Shown here piece by piece: positions 20,080 to 28,401 of a stretch of DNA of 64,000 bases (its first letter is position 1; the number at the start of each line of letters is the position of its first letter). Origin of the DNA: Vulcanimicrobiota bacterium (lineage in GTDB: Bacteria; Vulcanimicrobiota; Vulcanimicrobiia; Vulcanimicrobiales; Vulcanimicrobiaceae). The position numbers and the translations under genes were made by a program. The notes under the pieces are model-generated. The model worked only from the letters and a program-made list of their open reading frames with translations, had not been told where the DNA came from and did no database searches. Location: the NCBI GenBank assembly GCA_963786105.1, contig CAWAXX010000018.1, forward strand, positions 64,001 through 128,000, read 5' to 3'.

Positions 20080-20417
20080 TTCGGCGCGCCCGCTTTGTAA
20101 GCGATCACATCGATCTTTTCCAGCGTCACCAGTCCCTCGGCAACCATCGTGTCGAGCGTGGGAAGGAAGGCCGCAACCTTTTCTTCCGAATCGACGAGTT
20201 CGATGACGATAGGCAAGTCGGAAGATAGATCCACGATACGCGCGGCGTGAACCACCGAGTGCGCGCCGAAGCCCAAAACTCCCTTAAATACGGTCGCGCC
20301 CGCCAACCCGGCTTTTCGCATCTCTTCAACGATGGCGACGTACAGCGGCTGACCTTTCCAGCGATCCGATTCTCCGAGGAATATTCGTACGAGTTTAGCG
20401 GTGCCTTCGATCTTCAT
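20076..20417 (-). CDS. DUF190 (PII-like) protein
   Basis: RIFLGESD, GLAGATVFKG..GFG, DLSSDLPIVIE.VDS; typical crcB partner. Confidence 0.93.
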   Translation of the reverse strand: MKIEGTAKLVRIFLGESDRWKGQPLYVAIVEEMRKAGLAGATVFKGVLGFGAHSVVHAARIVDLSSDLPIVIELVDSEEKVAAFLPTLDTMVAEGLVTLEKIDVIAYKAGAPK

Positions 20418-20439
20418 ACCGTGCCCTTCTTACCCGCCG

Positions 20440-20540
20440 CGCGTTGCCCCGCCCGGCGTTGGGGACGTTCGCTGCAGGAAGACGAGCTGCTCGCCGTTCA
20501 TTCCATCCGGGTGCGTCGACGGCAGGCCTTCTTCCTCACG
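20440..20540 (-). promoter_or_regulatory. Candidate structured cis-regulatory RNA leader of DUF190-crcB
   Basis: Pairings AGGAAGA/UCUUCCU, GCCGU/ACGGC, CGAG-cag-CUCG and CCCC/GGGG; does not match the canonical fluoride riboswitch layout. Confidence 0.45.
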
Positions 20541-20987
20541 CTGTGGCGGCTCGCCGTCGCGCTGCAGTCTGCCGCGGTGGTTACCGCCTGCGCTCCGCAC
20601 GTGGCATTTGCCCTGTCGAAGGCCGACCAAGCTCGCTTTGGGGACCGCGTCCTTCGGGTTTCCGTGCCGGGTCGCGACCCGATGATTTTTGGTCTGAACA
20701 ACTGTGTCGCGTACAAGGCGCAAACCGCGCACGCCGACATCGTCGGATGGAACGTGGTCCTGGCGTCCGACTGGGGCCAGTCGAGCTACCCGAAATGGGC
20801 GACGGCCTGTACCTCACAACACATAACGTACGACGGCAAATACGTGATCGTCAGTTTTTGTGCCCAAGCCTTCGGCGCGGGAGGCGGCTGCGCGGGCGGT
20901 AACGGAACCTACCGCAGCCGAAGCGGCGATGCTGTGGGCTGGCAAATCAAAACCGGTGCCGGTTGGATCGCCCTGCCCCGAACATAA
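20541..20987 (+). CDS. Small secreted/lipoprotein-like Cys-rich hypothetical protein
   Basis: Hydrophobic N-terminus ending VVTAC, normal amino-acid composition, fills the gap between minus-strand genes; start uncertain. Confidence 0.55.
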   Translation: MWRLAVALQSAAVVTACAPHVAFALSKADQARFGDRVLRVSVPGRDPMIFGLNNCVAYKAQTAHADIVGWNVVLASDWGQSSYPKWATACTSQHITYDGKYVIVSFCAQAFGAGGGCAGGNGTYRSRSGDAVGWQIKTGAGWIALPRT

Positions 20988-21006
20988 TCGAGCGCTCGCT
21001 CAATTT

Positions 21007-21927
21007 TCACGGATATCGACCGATGCCGAATCCCACCAGAAACGCCGTTAGCATCCCCAACGCACCGGCGACCGCAAACTCGAGCGACGCGTCGATCGTC
21101 TTACGTTCGAGCGCCGTGATTCGTCCGAGTCGCGCGAGGGCGTCTTGCAACTCGGTTGCATTCTCTGCGCGCGCGTACGCACCGCCGCTTGCATTTGCAT
21201 ACGACCGCAGGGCGTCTTCGTCGATCGTCGCCTCGTCGCTGGTACCGGGAATCAAGCCGCCGTTGGGCGTTCCGATGCCCACCGTATAGACGGGAACTCG
21301 ATGCGCGCCCAGCCACTGCGCGATTTCCGCCGGATCGACGCCCGCGTTGTTCACTCCGTCGGTGATCAGGATGACGACGCGGTGACCGGTGGCCGGCAAG
21401 TTCTCCGCGGCCAACTTGAGTGCGTCGCCGATGGCGGTCGCTCCGTTGGGCAACGGGACTTCGTCTAACGCCGACTCGACTTGCGGGTGATCGGCGCTGA
21501 GCGGCTGGACGATTCCGGCGGTTCCCGAAAATGCGACGATGCCGATCTTCGTGCCCGGCGGCGTCTCGTCGATGAAGGCCCGGGCGGCCGCCTTGGCTGC
21601 CTGCGCGCGCGTTGGCATGACGTCGGTCGAGGCCATCGATCCCGAGGTGTCGATACAAATGAAAACGCTCCCGTCGCGTGCCGGCACCGGCACCGTGAGG
21701 TGCGGACCGGAGATTGCCGCCAGCACGGCCGCCACCGCGACGATCCAGAGGGCTTGCAGTGCGCGCGGCACCCAGGCGCGCGGTTTAACGGCGGCGGCGA
21801 AGAAATCGATGTTGGAATACGCGAGATCGCGGGCCGTCGTGCGGCGCTGCAGACGGTCGTACGCTATGGCAAAGCCGATCGCAAGAGCCAGACCGAGCGC
21901 GAGCCAGAGCGGACGATCGAAACTCAT
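21007..21927 (-). CDS. VWA-domain membrane protein (BatA/B-like)
   Basis: MIDAS motif IDTSGSM, TAIGDAL, LITDG; N- and C-terminal TM helices. Confidence 0.92.
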   Translation of the reverse strand: MSFDRPLWLALGLALAIGFAIAYDRLQRRTTARDLAYSNIDFFAAAVKPRAWVPRALQALWIVAVAAVLAAISGPHLTVPVPARDGSVFICIDTSGSMASTDVMPTRAQAAKAAARAFIDETPPGTKIGIVAFSGTAGIVQPLSADHPQVESALDEVPLPNGATAIGDALKLAAENLPATGHRVVILITDGVNNAGVDPAEIAQWLGAHRVPVYTVGIGTPNGGLIPGTSDEATIDEDALRSYANASGGAYARAENATELQDALARLGRITALERKTIDASLEFAVAGALGMLTAFLVGFGIGRYP

Positions 21928-22754
21928 CGCAAGTGCACTTCACCGGGCCGTAAGCCGAAGGCGGCTCCCAGCGACCCTGCGCCGTCATGCTCGTGAAGAA
22001 TCCCGGTACGCCAATTCGTCCTTGCAAACTCCGACACCAACGTCTCTTCGCGTTCTCGAACCGCGCACCGGTACGCGTCGCGTTCGCGCCGGCCGACATA
22101 CGCGCGCAGCCGGCCGCCTTCCGCACCGCGCAATCGGACGAGGCCCGCGAGCGGAAGTTCGTCGTACCAAGGATCGCGCGCGATCAGTGCCGTGCAGTCG
22201 AAGCGCGCCCCCAGGTCCGCAAGCAGGGGCTCGTGTTGAACAGAGAGGTCGTACCAATCGCTGACGGCCAGCAGCGCGGTACCGCGCGGCAGGGCTCCGC
22301 GCGCGGTTCCCAACGCTCGCCCCGCGTCGAACGGCGTGGCCGCCAGATCGCCAATCGAGGCGAGCACCGCGTGGGCGTTTCGCTGCAATGCCGCCGGGGT
22401 GACGGCGTCGGCAGCGACGTGCATGCACCGGTCGTCCGTCGTGGCCGCACCGAACCACGCGCCTATGGCTTCGCGCGCCGCCGAGAAAAGCGGACGCCGG
22501 CGTCCGACGTGCATCGACGGCGAGGCGTCCACGACGGCGGCGAGCGTCAGCGCGACGTCTTCGAGAATCACTCGCGTCTGCAAGTCACCCGATCGCGCCG
22601 TCGCCGCCCAATCGATGCGCCGGACGTCGTCGCCGGGCACGTACGAGCGAAGCTCGACGAACTCATAACCGTCGCCGCGATAGACCGTCGGCGAGCCCGC
22701 ACCGAGATTATGCGGCCGGCGCCTCGCTCGCAGCAGCGCATCGCGTATCGTCAC
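21924..22754 (-). CDS. DUF58 domain protein
   Basis: GYEF.ELRSYVPGDDVRRIDWAATAR, VDASPSM. Confidence 0.92.
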   Translation of the reverse strand: MTIRDALLRARRRPHNLGAGSPTVYRGDGYEFVELRSYVPGDDVRRIDWAATARSGDLQTRVILEDVALTLAAVVDASPSMHVGRRRPLFSAAREAIGAWFGAATTDDRCMHVAADAVTPAALQRNAHAVLASIGDLAATPFDAGRALGTARGALPRGTALLAVSDWYDLSVQHEPLLADLGARFDCTALIARDPWYDELPLAGLVRLRGAEGGRLRAYVGRRERDAYRCAVREREETLVSEFARTNWRTGILHEHDGAGSLGAAFGLRPGEVHLR

Positions 22755-22776
22755 GTCACGAAGCGCACCGGTTGGC

Positions 22777-23748
22777 TCACGGTGCCGGAACGGCGGCGAT
22801 CAACGCATCGATCGCCCGATCGGCGCTTACGCCGGCGGTAGCGAGCCGGTAGTTGAAGCCGATGCGATGGCGCAGCGCGTGCGGCGCTACCGCCCGCACG
22901 TCGTCGGGAAGCGCAAAGTCGCGATCGTCGAGGAGCGCCCGCGCGCGCGACAGATAGGCGAGCGCCAACGTTGCGCGAGGACTCGCGCCATAGTCGATCA
23001 GGTCGCCGGCCGGCAGCGGCGCGCCCGCGTCCGAGGCGACCTTGACGCGCTGCGCTTCGCGCGTGATCGCGACCAACTCGACGATGTAGCGTTTTAACTT
23101 GTCGTCGAGATGCACCGCGTGTGCCTGCGCGCGCCAAGCGCGAACGTCGTCGAGGGTGGCGACGTGGTGGAGCGGCTGCGTATCGGCGATCGCGAACCGA
23201 TCGAGGATTTGCAGTTCTTCGTCACGCGTCGGATAGCCGACGTTGACTTTCATGAGGAAGCGGTCCATCTGGGCGATCGGCAGCGCATAGGTGCCCTCGG
23301 AATCGAGCGGATTCATCGTCGCCATGACGACGAACGGATCCGGCAGCGCATGGGTTTGGAGCCCAATGGTCACTTGGCGCTCCTGCATCGCTTCGAGGAG
23401 CGCCGATTGCACTTTTGCAGGCGCCCGGTTGATTTCGTCGGCGAGCACGACGTTGGCGAAAATGGGGCCCAAGACGGTCGTGAACGTGCTCTCGTGCTGA
23501 TCGAAGATACGCGTTCCCACGATGTCGCTCGGCAGCAGGTCGGGCGTAAACTGGATGCGTTTGAACACACCGTCCAAGCCGGCCGCCAGCGAGCGGCACG
23601 CCAGGGTTTTCGCCAATCCCGGCGGCCCTTCGAGCAAGACGTGGCCGTTTGAAAGTAATGCGAGGATAAGTGCCTCGACGACGCCGCGTTGACCGACGAT
23701 TGTTTGCGAGAGCGCCGCGCTCAAGTCGGCCGGCCTGCGCGCCGTCAT
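22777..23748 (-). CDS. MoxR-family AAA+ ATPase
   Basis: HVLLEGPPGLAKT, RIQFTPDLLPSDI, DEINRAPAKVQSALLEAM. Confidence 0.96.
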   Translation of the reverse strand: MTARRPADLSAALSQTIVGQRGVVEALILALLSNGHVLLEGPPGLAKTLACRSLAAGLDGVFKRIQFTPDLLPSDIVGTRIFDQHESTFTTVLGPIFANVVLADEINRAPAKVQSALLEAMQERQVTIGLQTHALPDPFVVMATMNPLDSEGTYALPIAQMDRFLMKVNVGYPTRDEELQILDRFAIADTQPLHHVATLDDVRAWRAQAHAVHLDDKLKRYIVELVAITREAQRVKVASDAGAPLPAGDLIDYGASPRATLALAYLSRARALLDDRDFALPDDVRAVAPHALRHRIGFNYRLATAGVSADRAIDALIAAVPAP

Positions 23749-24641
23749 CCGGCGTACCGTTCAAGCATATCGCAGGCGGCGTCGATCGCCACGGTCAGAT
23801 CGCCGTCGTAGGTGAACGCCGCGCGCTCGAGCGAGCGCAGCAGCTCGCGTATCGCTGGACTCTCTGCCTCCGGTCGTTGCAGCACGTCGGCCAGCGTTTC
23901 GCCCTCGGACGCACCGACCATGCGCCACGTGACCGCCCGCACGCGCACGGCCGTCGCCCGCGTGCGTTCGGCCCGTAAGACGGTCAGCGCGTCCAGCAAC
24001 TCGTCGCGATGCGATCGCGGCTGGAGGACCGGCGGCAGCGGCGCGGGCACGGGAGGCGCCGGTCGAACCGCCGCCGGCGGCGCCGGCCCGCGCCGGAAGA
24101 TCAACGCCACCACCACCGCCGCGCACGCCAGCCCGCCGATCCACAGCGCGAGCCGTAATGCGAACTGCGCGACGCTCGTCAGCGGATTTTCGCCGCCCGG
24201 CAACGGCACCGAACTTCCGGTGACGGTCAGCGTAAGCCCGTTGGTCGAGTACTGTTTCGGGCGACGGTCGCGTGCGTCGACGGCCTGCAATACCGCGGGC
24301 CCAATCGCCAGCGTCCCGGCGTGATGCGCGATGACGGCGATCGTCTCGCGATACGTCGTTCCCGCCGGCCCGCTTTCCAGCCGGCGCTCGTCGCCGCGCA
24401 ACTCGAGCTCGGCCAGAATCGGAAGCTCGAGGTTTTCGACGGTCGTAACGCGCTCGCGTACGCGTAGGACGACGATCAGGTGAAACGGCACGTCAACCTG
24501 CGGTTTGTCGGTATCGGTATTCAGCGCGAACGACTGAACGGTCAAGCGCTGGAGCGCCTGTGCGTGCCCGGTGGCCCGGGCTGCCAGCGCGATCGCCGCG
24601 AGCGCGATTAGCGCTGCGGCAAGCCGGCGGATTGGAACCAC
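23745..24641 (-). CDS. BatD-like exported membrane-anchored protein
   Basis: Signal peptide, Ig-like beta region (AGTLAIGPA), TM helix, Pro-rich linker; context with MoxR/DUF58/VWA. Confidence 0.65.
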   Translation of the reverse strand: MVPIRRLAAALIALAAIALAARATGHAQALQRLTVQSFALNTDTDKPQVDVPFHLIVVLRVRERVTTVENLELPILAELELRGDERRLESGPAGTTYRETIAVIAHHAGTLAIGPAVLQAVDARDRRPKQYSTNGLTLTVTGSSVPLPGGENPLTSVAQFALRLALWIGGLACAAVVVALIFRRGPAPPAAVRPAPPVPAPLPPVLQPRSHRDELLDALTVLRAERTRATAVRVRAVTWRMVGASEGETLADVLQRPEAESPAIRELLRSLERAAFTYDGDLTVAIDAACDMLERYAG

Positions 24642-25702
24642 TCTGCGAACAGCCGGCGCGCATCAAACGGCCCCGGTGAGGCTTCGGGATGAAACTGTAC
24701 GGCGGCAATCGGCCGCGCGCGGTGACGAAAGCCTTCGTTGGTTCCGTCGTTGAGATTGGTCATGGTGGGCTCCAACTCGGCCGGAAGCGAATACGCGTCG
24801 ACGGCGTAGCCGTGATTGTGCGCGGTGATGATCACGTCGCCGCTGGCGAGTTCCTTCACCGGTTGGTTCCCGCCGCGGTGGCCGTAGGGCAGTTTGTACG
24901 TACGCGCCCCGTGAGCCAGCGCGAGCAGTTGGTGACCCAGGCAGACCCCGAAAACCGGTTTGCGCTCGGACAATCCGCGCAGCGTCTCGACGGTTTGCGG
25001 CAAGTCGGTAGGGTCGCCCGGTCCGGGAGAAACGACGATCGCGTCGGGACCCTCGGCCAGCACTTCTTCCGCCGTGACGTCGTAGGGCAATACCGTTATT
25101 TGAGCGCCGAGGGCCTGGAGTTCGCGAAGAACTGCCCGCTTCACGCCGCAGTCGATCAGGACGACGCGCGCCCCCGCCGGCGACCCTTCGAGCACGGTTC
25201 GACGCGCCGTTGCGACGCTTGCGACCAAACCTTTCGTCGTCGCGGTGCGAACGAATTCCACTAGCTCGCGTTCGGCGGTCTTCAGCGCCTCGCTGCCGGA
25301 CGCGAGCGCGGCCCAGATCGTCCCGTGTTCGCGCAGGGCGATCGTGATGGCGCGCGTATCCGCTCCGACGAGCGTTGGAACGTTTTGCGCGTCGAGCCAC
25401 GCCGGCAAATCGGTGTACGCGAGATGATGCGACGGGTGGTAGGCGATCTGCTTGATCACCGCACCGGCGACGCAGGCCCGCGAATACTGTGCCGCCGCGC
25501 CCGAAATGCCGTAGTTTCCGACCATCGGATAGGTGAAGGTGAGAATCTGGCCCGCATACGACGGATCGGTTAGGGCTTCTTCGTAGCCGGTCATACCCGT
25601 GAAAAAGACCGCTTCACCGAGTGCCGTGCCGGCAAAGCCGAGCCCGTACCCGTCGAAACGGCTACCGTCCGCAAGAAACAGTGCGGCCGAGGGCGGCGTC
25701 AC
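24608..25702 (-). CDS. carA: Carbamoyl-phosphate synthase small subunit
   Basis: TGMTGYEEALTDPSYAGQI, SPGPGDP, GVCLGHQ, QFHPEASPGP. Confidence 0.97.
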   Translation of the reverse strand: MTPPSAALFLADGSRFDGYGLGFAGTALGEAVFFTGMTGYEEALTDPSYAGQILTFTYPMVGNYGISGAAAQYSRACVAGAVIKQIAYHPSHHLAYTDLPAWLDAQNVPTLVGADTRAITIALREHGTIWAALASGSEALKTAERELVEFVRTATTKGLVASVATARRTVLEGSPAGARVVLIDCGVKRAVLRELQALGAQITVLPYDVTAEEVLAEGPDAIVVSPGPGDPTDLPQTVETLRGLSERKPVFGVCLGHQLLALAHGARTYKLPYGHRGGNQPVKELASGDVIITAHNHGYAVDAYSLPAELEPTMTNLNDGTNEGFRHRARPIAAVQFHPEASPGPFDARRLFAEWFQSAGLPQR

Positions 25703-26976
25703 GTTTGGGCGTACGCCACAGCACCGCCGACGATCGTCGCAACCACGCAGCGGGGAAGAGTTCGTCCCGAAAAGGGCGTCGAGCGCCCTTTGGAAGCAAA
25801 GCGCGCGGGATCGACCACCCACTCGCGCTCGGCAAAAACGCTCACGTCACCCGGCGAACCGACGGCGAGCGTGCCGCCGGCGACGCCGAGGATGCGTGCG
25901 GGGTTGGTCGACAGCAGTTCCACGAAGCGCAGCATGGGCAAACCGGGAACGGCGGCTGCATACGCGCCGACGGCGATCTCTAAGCCGCTGAATCCGACGG
26001 ACGCGTGAGGAAGTGCGGCGGATTTTTCATCGGAAGTATGCGGCGCGTGGTCGGTCGCGAAGACGTCGATGGTTCCGTCGCGTACGCCGTCGCGCAGTGC
26101 GCGCACGTCGTCGCCGGTACGCAACGGCGGATTGACCTTGGCGCTACCGCCGAGCTCGCGCACGGCTTCGTCGGTGAACGTCAAATGGTGCGGCGTCACC
26201 TCACACGTTGCGCGGATGCCGCGCGCTCGCGCGTGCAGCATCAGGCCGAGCGCCGCAGCCGTCGAGAGATGCGCGACGTGCCAGCCTTTGCCGGTATCGC
26301 CGGCAATGAGCAGGTCGCGCGCGACGATGACGTCCTCGGCAATCGCCGGGCTTCCGGGCACGCCCAACGCCCGCGACACGGCGCCTTCGTTCATGACGCC
26401 GTCGCCCTTCAGCGCGTCGTCCTCACAGTGAGAAATGAAGGGGCCGTCGACGTCGAGTGCCGCCAAAGCCGCGTCACGTAACATACGGGCGTTAGCGACG
26501 GTGTTGCCGTCGTCCGAAAACGCCACCGCTCCCGCGCGTGCAAGCGCGGCGAAATCGCAACGTTCGACCCCGAGACGGCCGCGCGTGATCGCCGCGACCG
26601 GATACACCGCACAGCGCGCGTTGGCGGAAACGTTCTGCAGCAGTTCGTTCAGCGCGCGCGGGTCGTCCAGTGCCGGCTGCGTATTCGGCATGCACGCGAC
26701 CCCGGTGAATCCGCCTCGTACGGCCGCCTCGGTCCCGGTAGCAATCGTCTCCTTTTCGGAAAATCCCGGCTCTCGCAAATGCACGTGCATATCGATGAAT
26801 CCGGGAGCGACGATGGCGTTGGAAGCATCGAGCACCGCTTCTCCCTCGCGCGCATCGAGCCGCTCGCCGATTTCATAGACGATGCCGCCGGTGATGCGCA
26901 CGTCGCGCAACGCGTCCAACGCCAGCGACGGATCGACCAGCCGGCCGCCCTTAATCAGCACGCTGCCGCGATTCAT
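25699..26976 (-). CDS. pyrC: Dihydroorotase
   Basis: PGFIDMHVHLREPG, MPNT.P, EVTPHHL, KVNPPLR, ATDHAPH. Confidence 0.97.
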   Translation of the reverse strand: MNRGSVLIKGGRLVDPSLALDALRDVRITGGIVYEIGERLDAREGEAVLDASNAIVAPGFIDMHVHLREPGFSEKETIATGTEAAVRGGFTGVACMPNTQPALDDPRALNELLQNVSANARCAVYPVAAITRGRLGVERCDFAALARAGAVAFSDDGNTVANARMLRDAALAALDVDGPFISHCEDDALKGDGVMNEGAVSRALGVPGSPAIAEDVIVARDLLIAGDTGKGWHVAHLSTAAALGLMLHARARGIRATCEVTPHHLTFTDEAVRELGGSAKVNPPLRTGDDVRALRDGVRDGTIDVFATDHAPHTSDEKSAALPHASVGFSGLEIAVGAYAAAVPGLPMLRFVELLSTNPARILGVAGGTLAVGSPGDVSVFAEREWVVDPARFASKGRSTPFSGRTLPRCVVATIVGGAVAYAQT

Positions 26977-27878
26977 CGGCGGCCGTTGACCAAAAGGTCG
27001 AGCACTGCCATGCGGATGGCGACGCCGTGATGCACCTGCTTCAGGTAGCGCCAGCCGGCGAAGTCCAAGACCGAGTCATCGAGTTCCATGCCGCGATTGT
27101 ACGGGCCCGGGTGCATCACGACCGCATCGCGGCGCACCTTTTTCAGCCGCCGCTTGTCGAGCCGGTAGGCGGCCACGTATTCTTCGTCGGAAAGCGGCAT
27201 CTCGGCGAAACGCTCGCGCTGGATACGTAGCAGCACGATCGCGTCGGCACGCGGAAGGATCGCATCGAAATCGCGCTCGATGGTAACGCCTTCGGTGGCG
27301 TAATCGGCGGGAAGAAAACTCTCCGGACCGACCAGGACGACGTTCGCACCCATCCGATGCAGACCCCGGATCGTGGAGTGCGCGACGCGGCTGTGCGCGA
27401 CGTCACCGACGATCGCCACCGTGCGCTGAGCGATGTCGCCGAACTCTTCGATCAGCGTGTAGATATCCAGCAGCGCTTGCGTCGGATGCGCGCGCGCGCC
27501 GTCTCCCGCGTTGACTACGTGTCCGTCGAAGCACAGGGCAATTCGCTGTGGAAAACCCGCTTCCGGATGCCGGACCACCAGCACGCCGACCCCCATCGCC
27601 CCGAGCGTCATGGCGGTGTCTTCGAGCGTCTCGCCTTTGGTTGCCAGGCTCAGGTCCTTGGGCGAAAGGTTGACGACGTCGGCGCCCAAACGGAGCTGCG
27701 CGAGATTGAACGACGTGAACGTTCGCGTACTCTGTTCGAAAAATACGTTCACGCAGGCCGTTCCGGCCAAAAGCGCGCCGGGCGGCGTTCGCTCGAAGGC
27801 TTCGGTACGCTCGAAGACGTAGGCGATCTCGTCGGCGTCGAGATCGTCGAGATCGAGCAGGCTACGCCGAATCCGCAA
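26973..27878 (-). CDS. pyrB: Aspartate carbamoyltransferase catalytic subunit
   Basis: FFEQSTRT, NAGDG..AHPTQALLD, HSRVA.S, LRIQRER, MHPGP.NRG; start approximate. Confidence 0.97.
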   Translation of the reverse strand: MRIRRSLLDLDDLDADEIAYVFERTEAFERTPPGALLAGTACVNVFFEQSTRTFTSFNLAQLRLGADVVNLSPKDLSLATKGETLEDTAMTLGAMGVGVLVVRHPEAGFPQRIALCFDGHVVNAGDGARAHPTQALLDIYTLIEEFGDIAQRTVAIVGDVAHSRVAHSTIRGLHRMGANVVLVGPESFLPADYATEGVTIERDFDAILPRADAIVLLRIQRERFAEMPLSDEEYVAAYRLDKRRLKKVRRDAVVMHPGPYNRGMELDDSVLDFAGWRYLKQVHHGVAIRMAVLDLLVNGRR

Positions 27879-28401
27879 GGATCGCAACCTCGTCGGTGGG
27901 CGCCGAATCGGCACCGAGCGAAACGGCAACCCGCTCGCGACGGCTCGTCGGAATGATTCGCCCCACGTAATCGGGCTGAATCGGCAACTCACGTAAACCG
28001 CGGTCGATGAGCGCGCACAGACGAATCGCCGCCGGCCGGCCGAGATCGGTGACCGCATCGAGCGCCGCCCTGACGGTGCGCCCAGTAAAGACCACGTCGT
28101 CGACGATCACGACCGTTCGATCGGAAACGTCGACCGGAATTTGCGAATCGGGAAGCTCGTGGGTTACGCGGTCGTCGCGATACAGATCGATGTTGAGGAA
28201 ACCCAACGCCGGCGCGCGTCCGCCGATCCGTTCGATTTCAGCGGCGAGCCGGATTGCCAGCGCCTCTCCGCCACGGCGAACGCCGAGCAGCACGAGACCG
28301 AGCTGCGCGTCGTCGGGTTCGAGAATCTCGTGCGCCAAACGCGCGACGATGCGTCCGATTTCGTCGCTACGCAGCAACACGCGGTGAGTCGTCGTGGTCA
28401 A
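27862..28401 (-). CDS. pyrR: PyrR (pyrimidine regulator / uracil phosphoribosyltransferase)
   Basis: RLAHEILE, LYRDD, VDDVVFTGRTVRAALD, DRG.RELPIQPDYVG. Confidence 0.95.
   Translation of the reverse strand: MTTTTHRVLLRSDEIGRIVARLAHEILEPDDAQLGLVLLGVRRGGEALAIRLAAEIERIGGRAPALGFLNIDLYRDDRVTHELPDSQIPVDVSDRTVVIVDDVVFTGRTVRAALDAVTDLGRPAAIRLCALIDRGLRELPIQPDYVGRIIPTSRRERVAVSLGADSAPTDEVAILADSA

Noticed and set aside
20247..20540. N-terminal extension of the 246-aa plus ORF
   Set aside because: Overlaps DUF190 and its leader on the other strand; only the 3' part looks coding
20440..20540. Canonical fluoride riboswitch
   Set aside because: Lacks the GGCGAUGG.GUUCGCC-type P1 and the U(G/A)AUGA linker; kept only as a non-canonical candidate
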